DNA from: Macrostomum lignano
Lineage: Eukaryota
Assembly: GCA_002269645.1 (NCBI GenBank)
Contig: NIVC01001562.1
Location: 1-31,606, forward strand
Direction: 5' to 3'
Length of the DNA: 31,606 nucleotides
The notes beneath the pieces are model-generated. The model ran no database searches and was not told the origin of the DNA. It saw only the letters and a list, made by a program, of their open reading frames with translations. Positions 1 through 10,405 of the stretch are shown piece after piece. A program made the position numbers and the translations under genes. Position 1 is the first letter of the stretch; every line of letters begins with the position of its first letter.

Positions 1-22
1 ACCCCCTACTCTTAGTCAGATT

Positions 23-274
23 GACACTGCAACCACCTCACTCACCTGGCCGCAGCCAGCTGTACACTGCAACCACCTCACTCCCTGACCAGCCAGCTAG
101 CCGTACACTGCAACCACCTCACTCCCTGGCCCAGCTAGCCGTACACTGCAACCACCTCACTCCCTGGCCCAGCCAGCCTGTACACTGCAACCACCTCACT
201 CCCTGGCCCAGCCAGCTGTGCACTGCAACCACCTCACTCCTCTGGCCGCAGCCAGCTGTACTGCAACCACCTCC
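23..274. repeat. Minisatellite, about 36-40-bp unit (ctgtacactgcaaccacctcactccctggcccagccag), about 7 copies
   Basis: tacactgcaaccacctcactcc recurs at about 38-bp spacing from 23 to 274, with small indels in the ccagc part. Confidence 0.9.
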
Positions 275-552
275 CAATTAAATGAACGCCCATTTAATTC
301 ACAAGTCACCAATTAGACAATATTTCGGGTATTTATTGCCTTTTCATTCTAGCGTAATACCGACTGCATTGAACTGATTTAAGAAATAAAGGCTCAATAA
401 GACTCAAACCGAATCGATTTTAATTTGGTACTGATAATACAGAATTATGGACACCAACAAAATATTTGGATCAGCTTGTTGTCCAGCTTTTAATATAAAG
501 TGCCATTAGCAAGAAGAGCGATGCGTGCAGGGCTCGAGATGAAACACAGGAA

Positions 553-612
553 TGACAGACAGGCACAGACAGGCAGGCAGGCAGACAGACAGACAGGTAG
601 ACGGACAGACAA
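553..612. repeat. Imperfect (agac/aggc)n tetranucleotide microsatellite
   Basis: gacagacaggcacagacaggcaggcaggcagacagacagacaggtagacggacagac is read directly from the sequence. Confidence 0.8.
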
Positions 613-2371
613 ACACGCTGCGCTGAGAAAGTTAATGGAGGCACAATACCAAATCCAATAGTAAAAATGAGGACCGAAACGCGCTGAGTTGTAGAATAAA
701 AAGACAACACGGTGTGTGTTTACTGCTCGCAGAACTGAGAGTAGCGTAAGTCGACGCGTACTGATTTTTTGACAACGAACTCGCAAAAAAGAACAGAAGG
801 AAAAAACCTAGACAATTGAGAAGATAGCAATTGTCACACATACATGTAGGTAGCGCTTCTAAATATGAGACAGCATCGTTGTGGGTGGAATTTCGGACAG
901 CTTTATAAAAGTACAAAGCGCTTGCGTTCTAAGCACAAGCGCAAAGGCGTGCGCAAAAAAAACAGACACACACACAATATAATCCAAGACAATAAACAAA
1001 CAAGGGGCTGGATAACAATAAAATTGCGCGGAACAGATGGCCGATTACGAAAACTATACATCATACAATCTCCCGACTATATAACAGGAACAATAGTAGC
1101 AAAACAGAACCAAAGACAGACTCGAGGCAACACAAATAAATGAATCACAGGACAGAGTTGCTAAGCAGATCATTTTAACTACTATAAGTAGGAACTTACT
1201 GGATTAGTGCGAGAGTCAGAGGGGATCAGTGTAATGTCTAATTTTGGCTATCAATCACCTATTGTATGCAGAGTAATTCATTCAAAAATATTGTGCTAAT
1301 AGCTTGAATTAAGTTCGTTTTGTAAAAGTGCAGACTGAGTAGACTGCTTTGAAAAAAAAGTACTCAATCGCAACAATCAATTAAGAAATTAACAGCTTTA
1401 GCAATGAACCCAAGCAATAAAAACTTACATATAAACAACGTCAGTAAATATACGTAAATGTACTATAAAATCCAGCAGCAGTAGTGGCCTACTAAAGACC
1501 AACTAAAAGAGAAATAGCTAGATGGGCCACTCAGGCACATATACTTAGTAAAACAGCTTTCTACTTCAGTTCAGTAGCAAGGAAGAATACATAAGCTATT
1601 TTATAAAAATCAAGGCAGCTGAAATGAATTTGATAAGTTTAGAAGCCCAAGCTTGCAGGCGTAAACAGCTTGCTAATTGGTTCAGCAATAATGTACATTG
1701 GCCAGTCCACTGAAATGTACATGGCAGCTTTAGGGTGGAATTCCGAGAAAGGCAATAAAAATTGGGTGGGGCGGGGGGGGGGAGTGTGGAAAAGCGCGGT
1801 TGGAGGGTTTAAGCTGGGGGTAAGAGCCAATAAATGAGCTTTCGCTTTAAAAACACATTTAAATGCTTCTGTATAACTTGCTACTGAACTGAAAGTAGCT
1901 TAACACGCAAATGTGCTGAGTGGCCCATCTAGTTATTCTAGTATCTGTGCTAAAGACAAGCGGAGTCAGGCAGTCGACTGCAGAATTGGGGTCTGGCATA
2001 ATATGCTTTTAAACTACTGTCTGTTAAGTAGTGCATATTGTCTATTTATTTTGATTTTATATCATTGGCTAATTCTGAAAAGGCTAATAACATTCACACC
2101 TGCAGTCGTCGATCAGGTGAACAGGCGCATACGGTATTAATAAATAAATTTTACGCAATACAATGAAGTCAGAAATAGCATGTCTGTTTAATATTAATTA
2201 ATATTGTACACAACAGCGAGTCCATGGAGACAGAGACAATTACTAAAAGCTAGTAGAATTAAGTCAAAATAAAAAAGGACAGCAATTGCAATAACTCCAC
2301 ATATTATAGAATTCTAATAAACACGGCAGCACTAACGCTAGCCTTAAATTTAATTATAACTTCTGGAATTC

Positions 2372-5300
2372 CTACGCCAAGTTGTCGTGGCTCTTTGAGA
2401 AGCGCACAGGAAAGCTCGGACTGCGGCCAATTTTTGGCAAATTGTTAATCAGCTTGAATAGGTCGGCGAACTGCGGCCGTTGGGTCTTCTCGAAGGTCCA
2501 ACACTTGAGCACGATTTCCTGTATTTGGTTGGGGTTTTGATTAATGTGTTTTAATGCACTTCTTGGGCGTTTTGATTATGCGCGGACAATGATGAGACTC
2601 ACCTTGTAGTTGGACGGCAGGCCGATGTCTCCAAGGCTCTGCATGATGCCATTGCCAGCTTTCCAGATGATTGCTTCGACAGCCAGGCGTTTGTAGGGCC
2701 ACTGCTTGGTCATCAGCTCGTACCATAGGGTGCTGAAGTTACCAGGGATTAGTAACAACTGTTTGTTCCCGTCTAATTGCTGTGCTGACTAATCGAATCA
2801 TCAGATCTAATTACTTGGGAAACCTGATCTATACACCTGGGTAACCTGATCTATATCACCCCGGTAACCTGATCTATACACCTGGGTAACCTGATCTATA
2901 TCACCCCGGTAACCTGATCTATACACTTGGATAACCTGATCTATACGCATGGATAACCTGAACTATACTAATGGATAACCTGATCTATACTCATGGATAA
3001 CCTGATCTATACTCCTGGATAACCTGATCTATACTCATGGATAACCTGATCTATACACTTGGATAACATGATCTATACTCATGGATAACATGATCTATAC
3101 ACTTGGATAACCTGATCTATACACCTGGGTAACCTGATCTATACACTTGGATAACCTGATCTATACTCCTGGATAACCTGATCTATACTCCTGGATAACC
3201 TGATCTATACTCCTGGATAACCTGATCTATACTCCTGGATAACCTGATCTATACTCTTGGATAACCTGATCTATACTCCTGGATAACCTGATCTATACTC
3301 ATGGATAACCTGATCTATACTCCTGGATAACCTGATCTATACTCCTGGATAACCTGATCTATACTCCTGGATAACCTGATCTATACTCATGGATAACCTG
3401 ATCTATACTCATGGATAACCTGATCTATACTCCTGGGTAACTTAGATCCATATACTTGGATAATCCATCTAATAAGTTAGAGAAACTATCTACTCACATC
3501 CGTTACATGGTTGACTCATCTTATGACTCAGTAACACACTGACCCATATAATCACCTGACTGACCTAGTAACACACTGGCTGACCCTGTAACAGTGCTAT
3601 CAATCGCTTACCCAAACGCGAACACGTCAGTCTCCTTAGAGAAGTGCATGGTCTTCATGCCGCCCTGCAGACAGCGCAGCAGCTCCGGTGCCAGGTAGCA
3701 GAGCCAGCCAGGTGGCACCTGCAGACAGGCCGGGCCTTTGCGAGTTGCCTCGGCCATTCGAGTCCAATTAAACAGCGCATAGTCCGTGATTACAGCTTTC
3801 ACGGCATTGTTAGACATGAACTCGATGAATACATTCTTGGAACGCAGATCGGCGTGCACAATGTCCCTGGCGTGCAGGTAGCCCATGCCCTGCACAATCT
3901 GCTGGGCCACCGCTACGCACCTGGTGACAGTGAACCTTGCCTGACTTGTTGGCTGTTCCCGCAGCTCATGGTACAGACTGTGGCCTTTGCACAGAGCCGT
4001 TACAATGCACAGATTCTTGGGATCCAGACAGGCGCCAAGGAACAGGGCCAGATTCTCGTGCCGGGTCAGGGCGGCCTTCTTAACGTCCAGCTTGAAGGTC
4101 TGCAGGACGGCCCGGCCGGCCTCTTCGTCGAACTCGGCCGAGGCGGTGTCGCGCGGTTTGCGCAGAAATTTCACCGCCACCTCGCCGTGCCACTGGCCGC
4201 GATGTACGCTGCAGAAATTGCCGGTTCCCAGCAGCTCCCGGATCACCAGCTCGTCGAAGGGGATCTCCCATTTCTTCACTAGATCGCCCGCCGCTGTACC
4301 GTCGGTATAGTCGCCGGACACCTCCGGCCCGAAGCTGCTGCTCCAGCTCTCTTCGTCCGGCATGATCTGAATCTTCGCAGGGGCGCCGCCGCCACCGCCG
4401 CCGCCGCTGCCGCCGAACTTGGGCGGGAAAGTGAAAACGAACCCGCCGCCTCCACCTCCTTTAGTCACGGAAGGAGGCGCCTGCGGAGAGTGGCCGCCTC
4501 CGCCGCCGCTGCCGCCGCCGCCTCCGCCAGCCAGCTGGCTTGGCGAGCGCGGCGTCGACGGCGTGTTCGACGAGCTGGGATTCGAGCTCGAATCGGCGCC
4601 CCCACGAGCGACGCCGGCAGAGGCCGCTGCTGCGGCGGCGGCTGCGGCTGCAGCAGTCGAGGACGTAACAACGATATCCCGCTGGCCCCTGGGATCCTTG
4701 GCCAGGTGATAGCTGCAGGCTCCTGCGTTGCTGGTGCAGCGCTTGTGGCACCGCTTGTTGCAGTGGACGCACCGGCGCAAATGGTTGAGAATTCGCTCGG
4801 AGCAGACGCAGCACTTGGCGCCAATGTTAAACAGCTTATTGGTGTCCCATTTGTGGCCGTAGGCGACGCCAGCCGACTCACCGACAACCTGCTGCTCGGG
4901 AAAATCCGACGTCGATTTCCTCTGCCTATGCTGTGCGCTTCGGCTAACATAGTTCTGAATGTTGGACTCAACTGAGGAGCTGCGAGTCATAGGCGCCGGA
5001 TAGTTGGTGTGCACTATGTTGAACGGCGGCAGGCGCGGGCTGGCTGGCGGCGGAGTGCCGCTCAGCGACCTGTTTGCCTGCTGCGGCCCAGCTGGGCCTG
5101 GCGTGGCCGGCAGCGAGCCGCTGTTCACTGACGCCGACGTGGAGACGCCGCCCTCGGGACTGCGGCGCAATGGCGAGTCGACAGCGTTGGCGCGGACGCT
5201 GCCGCCGCCGCCAGTTGAATCGGCGCCAGCGCCGAATGCCAACAGCGAGGCGGCAGCGACGGAATCTGCTTCAGCTGAGCCACCACTGGTGCCGGTGCCG

Positions 5301-6750
5301 CCGCCGCCGCCACTGCCAATGCCTGCGCCAACGTCCGAGTCATCTGGTGTGCCTTCCATTAGCTGGTCGGCCTGAGGCGGAGTGGCGGGACTGGTTGAGC
5401 AGGGACTGGCCACGGAAGGATAGGCGACTTCAACTAGAGTGTCTGGCGCCTCAAGGAACTGGTGATAGTACTGCTGCACAAGCTGATAGCAGCGGACGCA
5501 GCGTTCAACTGTGGTCTCGGGCGTGTGCAACTCGGCCAGCAGCTCCAGCAGGCGCGGCTTCTCTAGCCGGACTAGCTCGAGCAGGGTCCAGTTCCGGACC
5601 ACCTGTGCGGGTGCGCGGTTTGGTGACGATGGCTTTGCGACTAGAGTGATTAGCATGAATGGCGTTAGTGATCAGAAATGAGTGAACTGAGTGACTATTC
5701 TGAGTGACCCGAGTGACTAGTATGGCTCACCCGAGTGACCAGTATGACTGACCCGAGTGACCAGTATGACTGACCCGAGTGACCAGTATGACTGACCCGT
5801 GTGACCAGTATGACTGACCCGAGTGACCAGTATGACTGACCCGAGTGACCAGTATGACTGACCCGAGTGACCAGTATGATTGACCAGAGTGACCAGTATG
5901 ACTGACCCGAGTGACCAGTATGATTGACCAGAGTGACAAGTATGACTGACCCGAGTGACCAGTATGACTGACCCGAGTGACCAGTATGATTGACCAGAGT
6001 GACCAGTATGACTGACCCGAGTGACCAGTATGATTGACCAGAGTGACCAGTATGACTGACCCGTGTGACCAGTATGACTGACCCGAGTGACCAGTATGAT
6101 TGACCAGAGTGACCAGTATGACTGACCCGAGTGACCAGTATGATTGACCAGAGTGACCAGTATGACTGACCCGAGTGACCAGTATGACTGACCCGAGTGA
6201 CCAGTATGATTGACCAGAGTGACCAGTATGATTGACCCGAGTGACCAGTATGATTGACCAGAGTGACCAGTATGACTGACCCGTGTGACCAGTATGACTG
6301 ACCCGAGTGACCAGTATGACTGACCCGAGTGACCAGTATGATTGACCAGAGTGACCAGTATGACTGACCAGAGTGACCAGTATGAGTGACACTAATCAGG
6401 TATAAAACACAAACCTGCAGCACCGCTCGCTCCTCCAATTCAACAACGTGCATCAGCCACTGGTCAGTCTTCGGTATAGCGCAGGACTGGCGCACCTCGG
6501 CGGCCTCCTCCGGCGGCATCCGGCTCAGGGCGCACAGTTGATCGGCGTAGAATGCGCACAGCTTGGCCTCGGCCTGCTGACACTCGGCGGGCGGGGCCCG
6601 GGCCTGGCCCATCTGCGAGCAGAGCCGGCGCAGCGGGATCAGCTCTTTGTCAACTGTCAGGTTAATCAAATTCTGCACGTGCCGGCAATGTGTGGCTAAC
6701 GGCTTCGCGGCCTCGACAACCGCGGTGCCTGACTGGTCCGTGGCTGACAT
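2372..6750 (-). CDS. ksr: Kinase suppressor of Ras (KSR) scaffold/pseudokinase, 867 aa; CDS = join(6415..6750, 3612..5602, 2603..2732, 2372..2518) on the minus strand
   Basis: All three introns are GT-AG and phase-consistent (CAG|gtttgt..cacag|GTG; GG|gtaagc..ttcag|C; AAG|gtgagt..tacag|GAA). The total is 2604 nt = 867 aa + TAG. The N-terminus (HCRHVQNLINL..LRRLC..EAKLCAFYADQL..DQWL..WTLLELVRL) aligns by eye to the KSR-specific CC-SAM/CA1 domain. Also present: C1 zinc finger (H..CCVC..CVHCNKRCHKRC..C), S/T-P-rich region with FTFP (FxFP ERK-docking motif), RAF-family kinase fold (WEIPFDEL, GEVAVK, TRHENL, HADLRSKNVF, YLAPE, DVFAFGTLWYEL, CWTFEKTQRPQF) and a C-terminal RSPSFP 14-3-3-type motif. 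Confidence 0.93.
2812..3452. repeat. 22-bp minisatellite (ggataacctgatctatactcct) in KSR intron 2, about 29 copies
   Basis: Direct tandem repeat with variant units (cacctgggtaac, tactcatgg, tacacttgg) inside intron 2733-3611. Confidence 0.95.
5680..6392. repeat. 22-bp minisatellite (gagtgaccagtatgactgaccc) in KSR intron 1, about 32 copies
   Basis: Direct tandem repeat. The 22-aa periodicity of ORFs 5695-6750 and 5727-6392 equals 3 x 22 nt. It fills most of intron 5603-6414. Confidence 0.95.
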
Positions 6751-7275
6751 GCCCGCCCTAGGCTTATTTAAAATAGCCTAGAGTTAGCAACTGCGCTCTT
6801 TAATCTACCAGGGCCTGACAGCGGCGCGCTGCTGCTTGACCGGCGAAACGGCACTGGAGGCCGCTTCGCTTTGCTGCTCCCGTCTGGGGCAAAGCGGACT
6901 CAGCAGTGGTAATTCCAATTTCACTTTAACAAAGTGAAACTTATTTTTTTCGTAATAATCGATATTTCATTGAAAGTATTGGTCATTTTATAATCATTTA
7001 GTATAGCAAAACATAAAGTTTATAAAGATCGTATCAGTTTTTTAAGAGGCCAATTTCATAGATGCTTAACTTTTTGTTTTGTTCATTCTTGAATCGAGAA
7101 TTTGTAATAAGAATATTGCTTGCAGGTACTCCTAAGCCATAATTGTAATCAATTATTATTGATTCCACTTCAATGCATATTAGTTCCTACAATACATGCA
7201 TACACAGTGTTAGTGTATACAACTTTGGACTTATGAAATAACTTATGAAATTTACTATATAGCAATATAAATATA

Positions 7276-8048
7276 CGAGGGGTGTCCCAAAAGTAGTGTT
7301 ACTTTTCTCTATATCTCTCGTTCTGCTGATCCAAATAACATCATTTTTCACAGATTTATAGCGGCAACTCTCTTCTTTATATTAACTTTAACATCATTAA
7401 AAACAGACAATGGAAACAAAAGTTATAAACTAAAATGTAGCAGGACCTCGACCATAGAATTCGACAAGCTAGCGGAAAGTAGCGAAAGTACTTTTGATTG
7501 ATGCACTCAGACCTCTTTGTTAGGCTGCTGTGACAGAGATATCTATGGAAAAAATGGAGAAGCTATAGCTTTTAAAGCAACAGAATATTTCAGACTGGGC
7601 TTCAGCTTTATTGCTTTTTGTTCCCTCCTTTTGCTGCGCTAAAACTTAAAAGTCAGGGATGTGCATTCAAGTGTTGCTCAGAGGAGTGTGATATACACCT
7701 TTGGGGGATGGGGCACAGTTGAGCCGAGATCCATGCTCAACTTTCATCGGCTCATGGGTCTATCGCAGTCATTCACTGCAGTCATTTTGCAGCATTCACT
7801 ATAGCCAGTTACCTGTTTGTGAGCTACCACTTCGAAATTTTGTTAAATTGCTTACTTACTGTAAGTCTATTGTCAAGTTCTTGCTACATTTTAGTTCATA
7901 ACTTTTGTTTTCATTGTCTGTTTTTAATAATGTTACAGTTAATATAAAGAAGAAGGTTTCTGCTATAAATCTGTACAAAATGATGTTATTTGGATCAGCA
8001 GAACGAGAGATATAGTATAAAGTAACACTACTTTTGGGACACCCCTCG
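7276..8048. mobile_element. Non-autonomous Tc1/mariner-type element (MITE/foldback), 773 bp, about 185-bp TIRs, TA target-site duplication
   Basis: The left end TA|CGAGGGGTGTCCCAAAAGTAGTGTTACTTT (7276) and the right end AAAGTAACACTACTTTTGGGACACCCCTCG|TA (8048) are exact inverted copies for 30 nt. Inverted homology continues to about 7459/7864 with scattered substitutions. A CGAGGGG terminus with TA duplication is typical of mariner. There is no internal transposase ORF. Confidence 0.88.
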
Positions 8049-9780
8049 TATAAAGAAGTAACATGCTGCAATTAAACAAGTGGTAATCGCCTCTGCCACA
8101 TATCAAATGCAATCATTGATTATGTGATGAAAAAATGATATTTTTATTTTATTTGGTGCACTTCTCCATGAAATTGGTCTCCCAAAAATTACACAATTGT
8201 ACATCACCATTACAGATAGCCTTCTAGCTGATTGAAAATGACTTAATTCTTAAATATATTTTTAGGTTTGAAGATATCCTATAAGCAACAATTAGTTCCC
8301 ATTTGCATTTAAATATTAGTTAAAGATAGACAAACCTAGACTTTATTACCATCAATATAATATTTCAAAATGAATGACTATAACAATATCCTATTGTTAG
8401 AACAGGCTTTGTCTATTGAAATAACTTTGTCTATTAAATAATAAGTTTTCTAGTTGGTAATTGCAATATAACTATAAATGGTCAATTTGCTAATAGAAGC
8501 TATATATATTTACCTCTTTAAAGGGTGCACTAATGGTTCACTATTTTCTAGTCTCAAGGTCACTAATAACTTCACTAGTAGGCCCTTTTCCCTTGTTATG
8601 TGAGCTAGTCATATGACAAGCCTTGCTTTCTTGGGACCCAAAGTGCAGTGAATTCCTCACTGTGCAATTGGTCTATGTTTATAGTAGAAATCACATACTC
8701 TAAGACCCTTGCCTTCTCTAAGGCAAACCTTAGCATCAGTTGCTAAAATTAGCAATAGCATCACACAATCTGGCACAAAGGGGTCTTGCATGCAATGGTG
8801 CAATAGTTTCTTACCTATAAATACAAACCCTCTTGAGCCTTGTTTCCATCAAATATTTTTAGCCCTATTGTCTCTCTAGTAAACACCAGTTTCTCAGTTC
8901 TGTGATTGCCCAATTTCTTCAATTGTCCAGACCTTGTTCTCATCCTAAACCCAGACCTCTGAGTCTGCTCTGAGGCTAATACTATCTTCCCTACCAACCC
9001 ACTAAGCCCAGTAGGATCTGCTAATTATTAGTCTAAAATTGTAAATCTGCCTAAAGTGCCATGTTTACTTATCTTTAAAAATAAAAAATAAAAGTAGATG
9101 CATACCTAGTATGCATTTTATAGAATCATGTAAAAGGTTTAGTGTTAAGTAGACAAAAGATTGAAAAATTCAAATGTAAGTTCAAGTATAAATTTCAAGC
9201 CTTCCAATTTTAGGCTTATAAAAAGGCATTTTTACAAATGTTTATGCATGTCAATTTTCTGCTAGAAATAGTATAGGCAATAAAAATAAATAATCAACCA
9301 AAAAGGTTCCTTCCTTTATAACACAAAAAGGTCATTTATTCTCAACATTGGCCTAGATTTGAGAGTGTGGGTGTGCACTCAATTTTTTTGGCATGCATTT
9401 GTAACTAGTTCATTTATGTTTGAGTATATACCTAGCATGATCTAGATTTTGGACTATGGCATTAGGGGTCAAACAAGATCTTAATCTTAATCCTGACTTT
9501 TTAAAATCTCAATCTTGGTTTTAAGATCTTGAAAAAAGTCAAGATTTGTGATTATGTGACTAGTGGTACTACCACAATATTACCATATATTAAATATACA
9601 TCGCGTTATTAACAAGCTCAATATTATTTAATAACTAGCAATCTTTGCCCCCCGATGGGGGACATCTGGATAGAATCTCTGTTCTCTACAAGTAACAAAA
9701 AAACAGCCAAAAATCCTTCAAAAAGACAACAGGCAAACTGCTCAAATGAAGTGCATTGCAAAAAGAAATCATCCCAAGAC

Positions 9781-10405
9781 CGCAAGCATCCCCCAGATAG
9801 CAAGCATCCCCAAGATAGCAAGCATCCCCCAGATAGCAAGCATCCCCAAGATAGCAAGCATCCCCCAGATAGCAAGCCTCCCCCAGATAGCAAGCATCCC
9901 CCAGATAGCAAGCATCCCCAAGATAGCAAGCATCCCCCAGATAGCAAGCATCCCCAAGATAGCAAGCATCCCCCAGATAGCAAGCGTCCCCCAGATAGCA
10001 AGCATCCCCCAGATAGCAAGCATCCCTCAGATAGCAAGCATCCCCCAGATTGCAAGCATTCCCTAGATAGCAAGCATCCCCCGGATAGCAAGCATCCCCC
10101 AGAAAGCAAGCATCCCCTAGATAGCAAGAATCCCTTAGATAGCAAGCATCCCCCAGATAGCAAGCATCCCTCAGATAGCAAGCATCCCCCAGATAGCAAG
10201 CATCCCCCAGATAGCAAGCATCCCTCAGATAGCAAGCATCCCCCAGATAGCAAGCATCCCCCAGATAGCAAGCATCCCCCAGATAGCAAGCATCCCCCAG
10301 ATAGCAGGCATCCCCCAGATAGCAAGCATCCCCCAGATAGCAAGCATCCCCCAGATAGCAAGCATCCCCAAGATAGATAGCATCCCCAAATAGTAAGCAT
10401 CCACC
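9781..10405. repeat. 18-bp minisatellite (cccagatagcaagcatcc), about 33 copies, near the Helitron 3' end
   Basis: Direct tandem repeat that produces the DSKHPP / GGCLLS / LGDACY pseudo-ORFs. Shorter variant arrays (cccagatagcaagcaccc, about 4-5 units) lie at about 14028-14160, 17556-17688 and 19268-19400. Confidence 0.95.

Noticed and set aside
3512-3530. Two AP-1 motifs (TGACTCA) 12 bp apart in KSR intron 2, suggesting ERK feedback
   Set aside because: They lie in a degenerate tgac-rich repeat stretch, and 7-mers alone are insufficient evidence.
3644-5649. Plus-strand and alternative-frame ORFs overlapping KSR exon 2
   Set aside because: These are shadow ORFs expected from GC-rich codon usage, with no recognisable domains.
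3603-5656. Single-exon 682-aa kinase starting MLITLVAK and ending at TAA 3608
   Set aside because: The start lies inside intron 1 and the stop overlaps the gtaagc donor. Spliced exons supply the CC-SAM N-terminus and the kinase C-lobe.
6919-6939. Perfect 9-bp hairpin tttcacttt-aac-aaagtgaaa upstream of KSR
   Set aside because: It is short and AT-rich and plausible by chance, with no supporting context.
8815-8997. 60-aa minus-strand ORF in the CpG-free block
   Set aside because: It has no recognisable motif or convincing splice context and is probably decayed repeat DNA.
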